From NCBI GenBank assembly GCA_977018835.1, contig OZ361257.1, forward strand, positions 3,596,001 to 3,660,000: 64,000 bases of DNA, given 5' to 3'. Position numbers and translations under genes: made by a program. The number at the start of each line of letters is the position of its first letter. The stretch's first letter is position 1. The notes beneath the pieces are model-generated. The model saw nothing but the letters and a program-made list of their open reading frames with translations, was not told where the DNA came from and did no database searches. Below, piece by piece: positions 12,088 to 24,225 of the stretch. Source of the DNA: Minutocellus sp. GHC0000111. Its lineage: Eukaryota.

Positions 12088-15000
12088 ATGAGGATGAGGT
12101 GTCGCCATGCCCTCGCCCTCCTGGTGGCGGCATCCTCGGTAGGATGCTGCCTCGCCCGACCCCCTCCGCCTCCATCGACGGGTGTTACGTCGGCACCGCC
12201 GCGAACGAATCAGCAGCCATCACAATCGGCACAACAACCGAGACGACGGAGGAGGCCGTCATCGTCGGTGGCCGGTACCAATGCTTCCACCTCACCGTCG
12301 TCCCGGACGAGGGCAGCGGCAGCGGCCGCAGCGGCGGCGGCAACCCGAACCAAGAGGAGGGATCCCGCCGTGTCGTCTCCCATGGCGGCGGCCGAGAGCT
12401 ACCAGCAGATCCAGCCGGAGGTTGGTAATGGTGGTGGTGACGACGACGCGGCCCTGCTCGACCTCGACGAGCTGGCCGAGAACAGTCAGTTTGAAACCGA
12501 GCAGTACGCCGTGAGCAGCGGGATGGCCGGCATGTTCGGACGGGGCGGCGCCGACAGCGACGACGACAGCGACGGCGCCATGGACGACTACGACGCCGAG
12601 TACGGCCAGGGCAGCGAGAAGGGCGCTCTGTACGATGCCTACAACATGCTCCATTCGTTGGCGCAGGTGCGTTGTCAGTTCGGTTCCTGTTTTGTTTCGT
12701 GCCTGTTGCAAGCTGTCAGTTGTGCCCATGTGCCTGGCATACAATAAGCTTTCACATCAAATGGAACAGCATTGTTTGAACATGCAATTGCATGTGTGTG
12801 TATCTTTCATCTGATATCTGGACATCTCATATTCAACGATCGTATCTTCATTCATTTGCCCCAATCCAAACAGGACTTCGAAAAGCCCTTCGACGCACCT
12901 GCTGTCGTCGTGGTCGGTCATCAGTCCAGCGGCAAGTCGGCCCTCATCGAGGCCCTCATGGGCTTCCAGTTCAATCAGGTCGGCGGCGGCACCAAGACCC
13001 GCCGTCCCGTCGCCCTCAGGATGCAGTACAATCCCCGCTGCTCGACGCCCAAGTGCTTCCTCCAGGGCGACGATGGCATCGAGCGGCCCAAGACGCTGCA
13101 GGAGATCCAGGAGTACATCGAGGCCGAGAACGACCGCCTCGAGCGCGACCCCGTCCGCTCCTTCGATGCCCGCGAGATCAACGTCCGGATGGAGTACAAG
13201 TACTGTCCCAACATGATCCTCATCGACACTCCCGGCCTCATCGCTGCGCCCAAGGTCCCCCGCGGTCGCAATGCCGGCCAGGCCAACGCCCAGCAGCGGG
13301 CCCTGTCGGCCTCGGCCCGGGAGGCAGAGCGCCTCGTCGTGTCCAAGATGCGCTGCCCCGACTACATCATCCTGTGCGTCGAGGATACCATGGACTGGAA
13401 GCACGGCTCCACCCGCGAGGTCGTGCAGAAGGCCGATCCCGACCTGTCCCGCACCGTCATCGTCAACACCAAGCTCGATACCAAGATCCCCCAGTTCGGA
13501 TCGGCGGCCGACCTCATGGACTACCTCCGGGCCGAGATCGTGGACCGGATCAGCCCCCACAAGCTGGGCGGGCCGTTCTTCTCCTCCGTCCCCAGTGGCC
13601 GTGTCGGACGGCAGGGTGGATACGACGAGGAGGGTCAGTTCATGTTCGACAACGACGATGACTTCGTCGCCGCCTGCGCCGACAGCGAGGACAACGACCG
13701 TGCCATCATCGCCCAGCGCCTCAAGGCCATCAAGCCCCAGTCCGATCGCGATGGCAGGCCCCGGAACAACCCCGCCCTCACGGCCGCCAGGGCCTTCCTC
13801 CCCCGCGTCGGCATGGGCCGTCTCCGTGGCTTCCTGGAACGTCGCGTCGATGAGTGCTACCGCCGCAATGTGGCCAAGATCGTACCTCTGCTCCAGGCCG
13901 AGCACGCCTCCGTGGAGAGACGGCTTCAGGCGGTGGAGACCGAGCTCGATGCCCTGTCCGTGGAGCGTCTCAAGGCGGGTGCCGATGCCTTCTGCGACGA
14001 GTTCTGCTCTGCCCTCAAGGATGCCATCCAGGGCTCTGTGACGGCTCCCTCGCATATGTTCGGTGAAACGCTTGAGCAGGAGGTTGGTTCCGTCGGATCC
14101 TTTAGTGGTACGTTAGTTCTGCGCAAGAGTACTTGTATTTTTCTGGTACATTTCTGCTTCATTCTTACCCACTCACGCTCTTCAATCCATACCTCTCTGC
14201 TTCTCACTGTAGACATTTCGGGTTGCCCCATGGCTGTGACGCAACGGACTTGGGAACGACTCCTTGTTGATGAAGTTGGCAACAAGGACCATCGGTTGTA
14301 CGGTGGTTCGCAGTATCACCGAGCCATTCGGGAATTCAATCTGGCCTCTCGATGCCTCCGTCTTCCCACCATCACGGAGGATGAGATCGCCAACGCTGCC
14401 GGTGTCGGTGATACGCATGACGGTGTTAACTTCCTCCGTGCGTCGTGCGTGATCGCACTTGAGAAGGCTCGAGTCTCCTTCGACCCCTTGCTCGAAGCTC
14501 TGCGCTTGCGCATGTGTCACGTGATGGAGCGGCTGTACCCGGTGAGCGAGTATATGCTCCGTCAGAGGAATGAGCGCAAGGCGGCGTCCTATGCCTATAT
14601 GAAGGAGAGCCCGTCCGATGATCGGGCCGGCAAGGCCTTCGACGTTACTCAGAACAATGAGTTCCGTCAACTTGTTCGCACCATTTTCGAGCGATTCATT
14701 GAGCAGTGCTCCGAGTCGACGATGCGTCGGTGCCACGACGATTTGACCGCCTTGACTCGGTTTGTCACTTGGGATCTGCACGAGAGGAGCAGTGGGGCGC
14801 TTCGCAGATCTCTGCCTGACCAGACCGATATTGTGTCCGTGTACCAGGTGGCAGTCAAGGCCGCCAAGAAGGGATCGGAGCCAGAAAAGCTGCAGCAAAG
14901 GGCACCGGCCAACAGCAAGGGAGGAGGCAGGAACAACCAGCGACAGCAGAATGCCGCTGCGCCCGGTGGTGGTAGTCTCGTTCGACCGTCCTCCTCCGTT

Positions 15001-15588
15001 CTCACCCCCATCAACGATAACGACGAGACCCAGGAACGAGACTACTGCAATTTGCTGCAGCTCATGGAGGAGGCTGCATGCTCCCGCGACGCTAACCGAA
15101 CAAATTTGGTCGTCGGAGGGCTGGTACAGCACATCGTTGCACAATGGCGTGAGACCTTTGGAAGGAGCATCACCACCAAGTTCAACTGGTACGTACTGGA
15201 ACTAACTAGGTCGTTGATTGTTTGAATGGGATGCGGTATTGGCTCGAATACGTCTAGATTGAAGCAATGGCTTTCCTTCACACATGTCACCTCATCTCAT
15301 CTTTCGTCCCTTCCCCTCCCCTCCCTTAGCTTCTTCCTCCTGCCATTTGTGGACGAGTTCCACCGCTATCTGCGAACGGAGTTGCAAAAGGTCTACGATG
15401 GAGATGGTAGTGCTCTGGCGCAGGTGTTTGATCTGACGACGGCACGAAGAGCTCTCCAACAACAGCGACAGGAGTTGCTGAACGAGAGCGCCGCAAATAA
15501 GCGGCTGCAGGCCAAGTTCGATGAGGTCTCTCGTTTGATGAAGAACGAGCAAGACAGGGCGCAGATTGAGAAAGCTCGAAGCCGATAG
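12088..15588 (+). CDS. DRP5B: Plastid-division dynamin DRP5B/ARC5 with N-terminal signal peptide
   Basis: YDAYNMLHSLAQDF, PFDAPAVVVVGHQSSGKS, GFQFNQVGGGTKTRRP, DTPG, TKLD and LYGGSQYHRA. Introns 12667-12873, 14108-14212 and 15189-15329; frame intact. Confidence 0.92.
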
Positions 15589-15830
15589 GCAAGCGCGCCA
15601 CAAGAAATTGCTACAGAGCAAGCAGGATGTGCTTGGGGCGAGGGCAAGGGAGTAGTCACAATATATGTCGAAGCCACGAAAAGCGCGTACTGTACGCGAT
15701 GATAAAGATTTAGGAGCCTCTCCTGGACAATGAGAAAATTCTGCTTTTGGGCACGCAGCATGGATCTTGTTGATGGTAGCTTCTAGTCTAAAAAAACCTG
15801 TATAGGTCTACGTTAACCATATTATGTAAC

Positions 15831-17333
15831 TCATTTATCATCATTTTCAGATGGCCCCTCTATTAATATCTCGCTCTCCCTCAATCCTCCGGTGACGCCT
15901 TGAGCCGCCATCTTTTCTCGGTACGAAATTTTCGCAGGCAAGGCAAATTTCATTCCGTTCTTCTTGACCGCGCCAGCGATTGCGATCATCACTCTTTCCT
16001 GATTGTCAAAAAAGGCTTGAGTCATTGGAGGGATATCGTGATGCGTATCAACAACAACCGAAACGTGATCATCGGCCATCGATCTCCAATGAACTCGAAA
16101 GGGCCGGGAACCATCGAGCACCAACTTCGGACAAGCCGCCTTCACTTCTTCCTTCATGTCATCCACGAGCTGCGGTATCTTGTCAATATCCTCATAATGC
16201 AATCGGACCTTTTGTTTTACTTGAGATCTCTTGGCTCTGGAAACATTTGATATTCGTTTACTTGCAATCTCTGAGTTGGGTATTCGCACGTGAATGTTAT
16301 CCGTGCAAGCCAGCGTTGTATCAAGCCATCCAATAGAAATCACTCTCCCCACGGTGCCATCAGCCAACTTGATTTTGTCTCCCGGTCGAAAGCGATCGAG
16401 TAACAGCAGGCTGGTTCCCTCAATTATCTGAGTCGCCGGATCCCGCAACGACAAACCGATGATGAGACTTGACAACCCGGCAACAGAGAGCAACGATTTC
16501 ACAACAACACCAACCTTGACGTTGCACAAATCCATAACAATAATTGACGTCAAGAGAAAGATAATTATGTCGAGCACTCTTGAGAAGAGTACACCGGTAA
16601 TAGGAAGAGATGGCAACACTTTGCTCCCATGCTTGGGAAATGATGGATGCGTCTGAAACATCCTCTTCAGAACGGATGTCTTGAAGGCGCTTACTCTCCA
16701 AGCCCCCCAAACGGCATGTGTAGACACCGTAATAAATCTTGGTGCCGATCGAGGAAGATGCAACCCAACAACATCCAGAAATGAAAGAAAGATCTCGCCC
16801 AGATATGCCAAGAAGCTACATTGTCCGAGCTGACATACCAATTCAGAAAAGAATTTCAGCTTGGAATCAGAGAAGTCTTTCGGAGACTTCCGACGAATCG
16901 TCTTGTTAATCACTTTGTCATTCCACCACTTTGCGATTGCCGTCGAACCGAAGCCAATTGTGAGGATGATTCCCAGATCAATTGGATCCACAACTTCTAT
17001 TATCCGCTGCATGCCAGGCCTGATTTTCCGAAGACCTTTGAGGAAGGCAACGAACGTCGTGCCTACGTTGCCAATGAGCAGCGTATCTCGACCGGAGTCC
17101 ATCAAGTCATGTATTGGCATTGACGAGCTGAACAGTGCTGAATTCGTCCCACCGAATGTAGACCTACTAGTATGTGCCGATGGAAGCATCCTCGGTGATG
17201 CTCCTCGATGACGTGACCATAATTGAACCGGTGCTTCAAACGACAAGGTCAGTGGAAGTAGCAACAACAGCACTGCCAGAGGTGCAAGGCGGCGGCAATT
17301 GTGGCTGCTGTGCCGATGCCTGCCCATGATCAA
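15831..17333 (-). CDS. MscS-family mechanosensitive ion channel, probably organelle-targeted
   Basis: TM region followed by FRPGDKIKL..GRVISIGWLDT..VRIPNS and a C-terminal KFALP; signal-like N-terminus. Confidence 0.88.
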   Translation of the reverse strand: MIMGRHRHSSHNCRRLAPLAVLLLLLPLTLSFEAPVQLWSRHRGASPRMLPSAHTSRSTFGGTNSALFSSSMPIHDLMDSGRDTLLIGNVGTTFVAFLKGLRKIRPGMQRIIEVVDPIDLGIILTIGFGSTAIAKWWNDKVINKTIRRKSPKDFSDSKLKFFSELVCQLGQCSFLAYLGEIFLSFLDVVGLHLPRSAPRFITVSTHAVWGAWRVSAFKTSVLKRMFQTHPSFPKHGSKVLPSLPITGVLFSRVLDIIIFLLTSIIVMDLCNVKVGVVVKSLLSVAGLSSLIIGLSLRDPATQIIEGTSLLLLDRFRPGDKIKLADGTVGRVISIGWLDTTLACTDNIHVRIPNSEIASKRISNVSRAKRSQVKQKVRLHYEDIDKIPQLVDDMKEEVKAACPKLVLDGSRPFRVHWRSMADDHVSVVVDTHHDIPPMTQAFFDNQERVMIAIAGAVKKNGMKFALPAKISYREKMAAQGVTGGLRESEILIEGPSENDDK

Positions 17334-17469
17334 ACTTGGTGTATTTTTCCAAGATAAGAGTACAGCGCTCTCGCGACTACAATCAATTTATTGTACAAGG
17401 CTCGCTCGCATCTTCACATGATGTGTTCGTTGAGAGAGTGCGAGTGCGAGAGCGATCGCGAGCGAGCGA

Positions 17470-18134
17470 GTGTTGTGACCCATCTGCCAGCAAACGGGAC
17501 CAACGCTGGCAGATTGAAAGCATTTCTGCCAGCGATTGCAAAAATCTGTCAGCGATTGCAAAAATCTGCCAGACAGGGAAAAATCTGTCAGATTTTTCTT
17601 CAATTCTGCCAGACGAAATCTCAAAGCCATTCAGTAGACGAGATGCGAACAAGAATTGCCCGCCGTCAAACGACACCGCCGGAACGACGGGATGAGCCGT
17701 CGAGTCGTCGAGTCACCTGAGCGTGTTGTTTCTGATGTGTCCTGCAAGTGTGGTCTTTGTCTGTTGCAAAAATCCTGAGAAATCATGGCATGTCATGCAG
17801 CGAGCCCGCATCTTCGGTTGCGCCATGACACGTGATAAAAATGGCCACCACCGACACTCGTTGGGGGTCTCCGCGCCCCGACACGTCAACGCTGATGCGT
17901 GCACTCGTTTCGCTATTGGTCTGATCGTGGTGTTGTGGCGGCTTCATACTTGATGTCTCACCCACCTTTGCTCTGCATGGGCATTCTCTCACATCTTGCG
18001 TTTTTCGTTTTCGAGAAATCCTTGCAGATTTTCTTTTGCTTGCAGACTGCGACCCGTCTGTCAGACGGTGACGCATTTCTGCTCTGGTCCCGTTTGCTGG
18101 CAGATTTGTTTTGGTTGCAGATTGGTCACAACAC
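17470..18134. mobile_element. Non-autonomous TIR element (MITE-like), 665 bp
   Basis: GTGTTGTGACC (17470-17480) vs GGTCACAACAC (18124-18134); 21-bp perfect inverted match 17482-17502 / 18085-18105; flanks GAGCGA / GAGCGG. Confidence 0.75.
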
Positions 18135-18256
18135 GAGCGGACAACAAGGAACCCGGAGTTTTGGCACAGACAGCCGTTGTTTGCTCGTGCGTCGAAGGTA
18201 AATTTGAGTCGATTTCATCAGCAGAGTAGACAACCAAGAAGAGAAGTGAGCCGAAG

Positions 18257-18871
18257 ATGCAGGAAGAAGAGATAATGGCGCTGCCACCGCCAAAGGTGCG
18301 CTACATGTCCAATGGCATGCCGGTCGATCTCTATGTCGCTGTACAAAAGCTCCGAATCTACGGCGTCATTCTTTTGGCGGCCTCCCTCTTCTTTCTTGGC
18401 TGGTCGATAATATCCTACTTCATTGCCGAGCCATTGATGGCCTTCTATGGGATGGGATCCTTTGGTTGTTCCACACTCACGGCAATATTTTTTCTGACGA
18501 ATCGAATCGCGACATCAGGTTGGAAAGGACGACTCAATGTAGTATGCACCCATTTGGCAAACTCAGGCTACTTTGCAGTAGCTGCATTGTACGGCCACAA
18601 TGTCAGCTACGGGAGGGGATGGACAATTACCGCGGGAATATTATTCGGTTGCTGGATCCTAGCTGCTGCAATATCGTATAACATTCTGTGTCAGGCTCAG
18701 CGCATAATGGACAGAACGGAAGATGATGGAGAAGATGCCCTGGAAGATATTGAAAGGGATTTGAGAGAAACTGATCTGAGAGTTCGACAGTCGTCCTCCA
18801 CAATGTCAGGCTCAGCCTTGCAGACACAACAGAATATGCGCATCGAGAGTCTCTCATTTGGAGACGTTTGA
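18257..18871 (+). CDS. Four-TM membrane protein, unknown function
   Basis: 204-aa ATG-initiated ORF with four hydrophobic segments and an acidic tail. Confidence 0.65.
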   Translation: MQEEEIMALPPPKVRYMSNGMPVDLYVAVQKLRIYGVILLAASLFFLGWSIISYFIAEPLMAFYGMGSFGCSTLTAIFFLTNRIATSGWKGRLNVVCTHLANSGYFAVAALYGHNVSYGRGWTITAGILFGCWILAAAISYNILCQAQRIMDRTEDDGEDALEDIERDLRETDLRVRQSSSTMSGSALQTQQNMRIESLSFGDV

Positions 18872-19326
18872 TGAAGTGTTGGTGTATTTTGGTCGAAGAA
18901 TTACGTACATCCATTCTATTCGAAGAGTCAACTCTTCACAAATGTATTTTAGATATCTATTGTCGAATATTGTATTGTCGAATATGGTCTGTAGCCGCTT
19001 GCTGACAACGCCCTCATTTATTCAGCTGTTCCACTCGCTCTATTTTTGGAGAGTCCATTTCTAATTTCGCTCGTCTGCAGATAGAGGGTGGAAGTTGACC
19101 AGGATTTGAGTGCATCCAAGAGATTTTGTGAAATATCTACCATAAGACTCTATACTCAGCAAATGTTTGGCGAAAAGGTCTGCATGAACTACTGCATTCG
19201 AATAATCTATGTGAGTAAATATTCCATCACGAGCAGCTGCAGCTTTTCCCGATCAATATGCTCAATTTGTTTCGATCAAACCCAACCCGCGTGACAGCTA
19301 GCAAGTGTACGTTCAAGGTGCACTCT

Positions 19327-20521
19327 CTACGACGCGGTCTTCTGAGCTCGCTTGTTGCGCACATCCCAGTTGTAGATACGACTAATGTTGACTTCTGCAG
19401 TAATGATTTGGTTTCTAGTAAAGGCCAAATCTTGCACAACCTATTGGAACGTGATATGCATAATTTGAAGCGAGCAAAAGCACAAATGTTGTTGAGTTGA
19501 GATGAGTTGAGAAAGAGAGAAAGAGCAGCAAGAAAGAAAATGATAAAACAAGAAGAGACACAAAATAACAAGTAATCTTACATCCTCGAGATCCTTCTTA
19601 GCTTTCTCCTCTTAGGACGAGAGCAATTCAATGGCCTCGTCGTAGGTGTATTCAATCATGACATTTGCGCCGAGCCAAAGATTGACAATGCCGGAATCAA
19701 CATCCAGCTCCGCCTTGGTGTAAACAGTATCGGCAAGGTTGTATCGAGTCACGACCGTTTCGCCTTCCTCTTGCTTGGCTTTCAGATGCTTCACAAGTGT
19801 CAGAGACTTCTCAATCTCTGGAATCTTTTGCTGATAAGTCAGACCTGAGAGCATACAAAATGAGTATCAATCCAATCGATGTGTAGATAGGAGCACAGAG
19901 CATAGCACGGAGCGCGAAGTTAGGTCATGGGGTATGATGCAACAGAAGACAGCAGGAGAGATGTGTCCATAAAAAGATACTTATCGGCATAAAACCAATT
20001 CAGGAAAGGCACAATAGAGTGATTCGGGGAAAATAGTCTATTCAACTGTTTTACTGTTCGATTTCTCAATCGTGAGCTGCTCTTCGCGGTGTGATCGCGT
20101 GAAAAATATTGTGATCAGCTAAAACCACACAGTTTTTCGTACAGTTGTACAGTTCAACAGTTCAAAAATGAGCTCCCGAATCACTCTAATATCAACAAAA
20201 CTCACGCTTCTGACTGAGACTCTGCTCATAGGCTTTGAACTTGGAGAACAGATCCGAGTAGGCACCGATGAGGAGCTCGGCGGATGCCGGCGGGCTGAAG
20301 GACTCGGCGAATTTTCCAATGTCATCGATGAACTTGGCACGCGGGATACCGCGATCCGTCTTGCCATCGGTAATATCCTCGAGAGACAGGCTGGTATTCT
20401 CCGCCTCCTCGGCCAGAGCCTTGAGCTTTTCAGCCTCCTCGTCCGACCCCGACGAGGGTGCGGCGGCAGCAGCACCGGCGGCAGCAGCACCGGTAGCCGT
20501 GTCTTCTTCTGACGGCGGCAT
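19327..20521 (-). pseudogene. PFDN3: Prefoldin subunit 3 (VBP1) with premature TAA
   Basis: RGIPRAKFID, KFKAYE, KIPEIEKSL, NLWLGANVMIEY and RNQIITAEVNISRIYNWDV. Exons 20521-20206, 19844-19582 and 19440-19327; in-frame TAA at 19614-19612. Confidence 0.88.
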
Positions 20522-20797
20522 TTTTGACCCCAAGTAAAATGAATTATTTGTGAAACAGAGGAATGCGAAAAGAGCCAGTCAGCTGATGTGATGCAGGCTG
20601 TGGGGGAGTGAGTGTGGTGGCGGGGGGTGGTGGTGTGGTGGTCCACAATTAAAAATGAGGGGTCGAGCGGCCGGTCAAAATCGGGAGCAAGCTGGTCCCG
20701 CACCGCACAGGGCAGGGGCGAGGCCAGCCGGCAACCTGCCGGTAATGGCACACTTTTGCGTGCACTAATCCCCGTGACGCACAAAATAAAGAGAACA

Positions 20798-21265
20798 ATG
20801 GAGCAAGCCATGGATGTTGCCGAGATACGCTCGAAGATTGACGAATATTCATCGTTCATCAGCTCGACTCTGCGACCACAACTGGAAGCTGCTGTGAAGG
20901 CGAGAGAAGAAGTAGAGCTTGACATCAAGGAATACGAAGCGTTGCAGGCGAAGCTCGCGAATATCGAAGAGAAGAAGGGGCAGTCCGTAAAAGACACAGT
21001 GGTAGATCTGGGTCACGAATTGATATATTGCAAAGCTGCGATTGATGATCCGTCCAGAATAATATACGTCCACGCGGGTATGGGGTTTCACGTCGAGATG
21101 ACAATCGATGAGGCCAGAACATTCGTTGGGAAGAGAATTGCACTTCTGAAACAATCACTGGAACTCAAAACTCACAAGGCTACCACAATAGCAGTCCATA
21201 TTGAGGATACCATTCTTGTTTTGCAACAATTGGGAAATGAAGCGTCTCTTTCACAAGAAGAGTAG
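20798..21265 (+). CDS. UXT: UXT-like alpha-class prefoldin
   Basis: KIDEYSSFISSTL, VDLGHELIYCKA and IYVHAGMGFHVEMTIDEARTF match the UXT pattern. Confidence 0.8.
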   Translation: MEQAMDVAEIRSKIDEYSSFISSTLRPQLEAAVKAREEVELDIKEYEALQAKLANIEEKKGQSVKDTVVDLGHELIYCKAAIDDPSRIIYVHAGMGFHVEMTIDEARTFVGKRIALLKQSLELKTHKATTIAVHIEDTILVLQQLGNEASLSQEE

Positions 21266-21842
21266 ATTTCGGTCGCCCCCCCTTGCAAAAGGCGAGGAGA
21301 GTCTCTCTACTACCAGTACCGGTAGATATTGGATCCGTATGATCTGTTGACGAAATTCAGTGCCAACTATTTTGTATGAATACTGTAAACTAAGAATGCT
21401 CTGTGTGATCTCATCCACAAAAACAACCATGGGAGTGGAGAAGAAGAGACGGTTGTTTGGTGGTTGATATAATGAAAAAAAAAACTCTGGAAAATGCAAA
21501 AGAAGGACTTGATGCATGCTGCATAGAACAGTCATCAATATGCCAACAAATCTGGCTAGCTAGTCTAGATAGAAGCAATTGTAGAAGGAGAGAATGTGTA
21601 CCGGTACATGTGTACACACTGGCGATGGCCGCAACACTTCGCTCATCTCTATTAGCTCATAACCTAATATAACATTTTTTGCGTCATCATTGCATCAGCA
21701 CCCCTGCCAAGTATAGTACGTCGTCAATCTCTTCGGGATCGAGAGCGGATGTCGATGTCGATCGATGATCATTCAACGAGCATCGGCAACTGCATGAAAG
21801 GTGTCCGCTCATCTAATCTACCCTTCTACAGCGAAGAACAAA

Positions 21843-22523
21843 ATGAATATTTTTATTAAACTATTTGTGATTGCATCCATCGCTGGCTTTCATGGCGGTC
21901 AGGCGTGGATTTTACCGAAATCCAACTCAATGAGCGCAAGACAAAACACTGGTGCCACCGCCACCTCGCAACTCATGGCCACTGGAAGCTTGCACGGGGA
22001 GCAATCCTGCTTCCTCCCACTCCAGCAGCTCGATCAGGACTACTATGCGCCGAGAATCGTGCAGATTGCTGGGGCATACCCCGGCATCACGGCCGAGGAG
22101 ATTGCCGCGGTAACATCGGAGGAGGCGCCCGTGCCTGGTCAGTGGACGTACGACTTTAGTGATCCGGATGGACCTCAGTTGGGCACGGTCGCCATCGAGG
22201 GGTCGCAGGTAGTTCACGATTGCGATGACGCCGTGGCGATTATTGCAGAGCACCCCAGTTTGGGAGTTCCTCTTCCAGAGACTCTAACGGAGCCAGTTGA
22301 TGTCATCGTTTTGGTTGACAGAGCAAGAAATTATTTTTCCGAGCGCAAGTTTCTTGTCATCGATAATCCTGCTGCAGGGGTTGAGATTGGGGCCTTCCAA
22401 ACGAAGGCAGAAATTCCGGAGGGATCTACCATCCTGGGACAAGTTGTGCTGGTCCAAATGCCTTGGCTGCCTTCAATGAAGCCGACTAAATCTGGATTCA
22501 TGGAAGAGGATGAGTACTTCTAA
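21843..22523 (+). CDS. Putative plastid-targeted protein, unknown function
   Basis: Signal peptide ending GQA-W, Ser/Thr-rich transit-like region, intact globular ORF. Confidence 0.7.
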   Translation: MNIFIKLFVIASIAGFHGGQAWILPKSNSMSARQNTGATATSQLMATGSLHGEQSCFLPLQQLDQDYYAPRIVQIAGAYPGITAEEIAAVTSEEAPVPGQWTYDFSDPDGPQLGTVAIEGSQVVHDCDDAVAIIAEHPSLGVPLPETLTEPVDVIVLVDRARNYFSERKFLVIDNPAAGVEIGAFQTKAEIPEGSTILGQVVLVQMPWLPSMKPTKSGFMEEDEYF

Positions 22524-22650
22524 CTTTCGAGTCAATAATATGTGCGAACTGCAACTCTTCTTTTTCGAACTAAAAGCAGATAGCAAAATATTGTTCCCAA
22601 CGAGAAGTACTCTAGTAGGTATTATCCATATTAATCTGTCTTCGAGATGT

Positions 22651-24225
22651 TTACCATTTTGATGAAGGTGTGTTAGCCATAGGGTTTGGAACGAGAGCCG
22701 CAAGCTCTCTTTGGAGTTCTAAAACTCCTCCCTTGGCCGTGTTGTGTCGCACATTATTGAATCCTACTCCAGGCTTGGCGCTAACAAGCATAACAGGAAG
22801 CGAACTTGGTTCCCTTCGGAGAGATTCTGATAATTGTTGCCTCACCACAACCACCCTTCGAGCTAGATCTTGCTGCTTCACCAAATCACATTTCGTCAAG
22901 ACAATCTGTATCGGTGGAAGAGTATTTCTCACTCGTTCCAATCCATGTTCCTTCGCCATCCGTGCATTTTCATCCAATGCCGCTTGGAGCATATCTAAGA
23001 ATTCAAAGTCGGCACTCTTCATACCATGACGAGCATCAAGCAAAAGTAAGATGCGCTTGAGTGACCTACCTCGGTGCAAAAGATAGTGTTGCATCAGTTC
23101 TTTCCATTCCAAGCTCTTCTCTTCGGATACATAGCTGAAGCCATATCCAGGTAGATCAGAAAGTACCAACGATGTTTTGTGCTTCATATCCTTTTTCTTC
23201 TTTGCATCGCCATCACTGTGATCTTTGTCATCATTTCCAATATTGGAGGACTTAGCAATTTCGGCCGTATGCTGATACAACGATATCATGCGGGTCTCTC
23301 CAGGTTTCGACGAGACTATCGCCTTCTTTCCTCGAGGCATCTTGGTCACCTCTGGATTCAACCGCCTACCGAGGCGTCGCTTAATGGGCTCTCCACTTTC
23401 ATCAGGCCGGTTTCCATAGAGCAGCGCATTGAGAAGCGTTGACTTTCCTACATTGCTTCTACCAGCGAGGGCTACCTCCGTCAGGCCTTTGGTACTCCTC
23501 GGGAATTCATCGTCGATGGATCCTGCACTGCCCAATATTTTGACTGGTAATCTCTTCACTTTGTGCCCATCAATAGTCGTCTCATTTGCCTTGGTGGGCG
23601 CAGCAAATGGCAAAGGTGGCAACCACGAGGATGAAGACTCATACTGATCATGGGTCGAGTTGCTACTGCTTGCGTCAGGACCACTTCTCTTTTGATAAGG
23701 CTTGGGTGAGGATCGTCGTCCCCTCCCAAAGCTTTGGCTCTTCAAGAACTCCTTCTCAGATGCTGCATCGAGGACGTCGTCTCTTCCACGGCCTCTTTTG
23801 GTGTGATTCCTACCTTGCTTCGATCTTTGCCGATGACGATGATCTCTCCTTTGGGGGATGCCCACGCCGATCGATTCGATGTAGCGCAGGATTGAGGGGT
23901 GTACAGGTACCTCTTTGAATGTTTTACGGGCATTACTAGCGCCAGAAATTCCCAAGCTGCTACGATCGTTTGCTTTGAGACTATCATACCACTCCTCTTC
24001 GTCTTCTTTCATGGTTGCATTATTGTTGTGATGATTCGATGCTGAAAAATATCGCTTCTCCATCGGCATATTTGGGGAAAGCGACGAAATGGAAAGAACG
24101 CGCAAAGGGCGATCAGTCGAGAGAGATGTACATCGAGGTCTCACCAGCCGCGTAAGGGCCGCATTAGTGAGGTGACGTGCCATTGGAGCGCACGGAAGTG
24201 GTGGCATCGCTCGTTCTCGTATCAA
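22651..24225 (-). CDS. EngB/YihA-family GTPase, likely mitochondrial
   Basis: EVALAGRSNVGKST, KPGET, DLPGYG, LLDARHG and TKCD. Confidence 0.9.
   Translation of the reverse strand: MIRERAMPPLPCAPMARHLTNAALTRLVRPRCTSLSTDRPLRVLSISSLSPNMPMEKRYFSASNHHNNNATMKEDEEEWYDSLKANDRSSLGISGASNARKTFKEVPVHPSILRYIESIGVGIPQRRDHRHRQRSKQGRNHTKRGRGRDDVLDAASEKEFLKSQSFGRGRRSSPKPYQKRSGPDASSSNSTHDQYESSSSWLPPLPFAAPTKANETTIDGHKVKRLPVKILGSAGSIDDEFPRSTKGLTEVALAGRSNVGKSTLLNALLYGNRPDESGEPIKRRLGRRLNPEVTKMPRGKKAIVSSKPGETRMISLYQHTAEIAKSSNIGNDDKDHSDGDAKKKKDMKHKTSLVLSDLPGYGFSYVSEEKSLEWKELMQHYLLHRGRSLKRILLLLDARHGMKSADFEFLDMLQAALDENARMAKEHGLERVRNTLPPIQIVLTKCDLVKQQDLARRVVVVRQQLSESLRREPSSLPVMLVSAKPGVGFNNVRHNTAKGGVLELQRELAALVPNPMANTPSSKW

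Noticed and set aside
12757..14055. 432-aa antisense ORF (also 25962-27068, 34249-35232, 53096-53914, 62727-63662)
   Set aside because: Shadow ORFs produced by codon bias of the real genes on the opposite strand; no recognisable motifs.
17520..17620. CRISPR-like repeats
   Set aside because: Short abutting motifs without unique spacers, in a eukaryotic context; better explained as subterminal repeats of the TIR element.
19845..20205. Intronic snoRNA in the longer introns (also 52049-52485)
   Set aside because: No convincing C/D box pair with a terminal stem is visible; an Infernal/Rfam scan would be needed.
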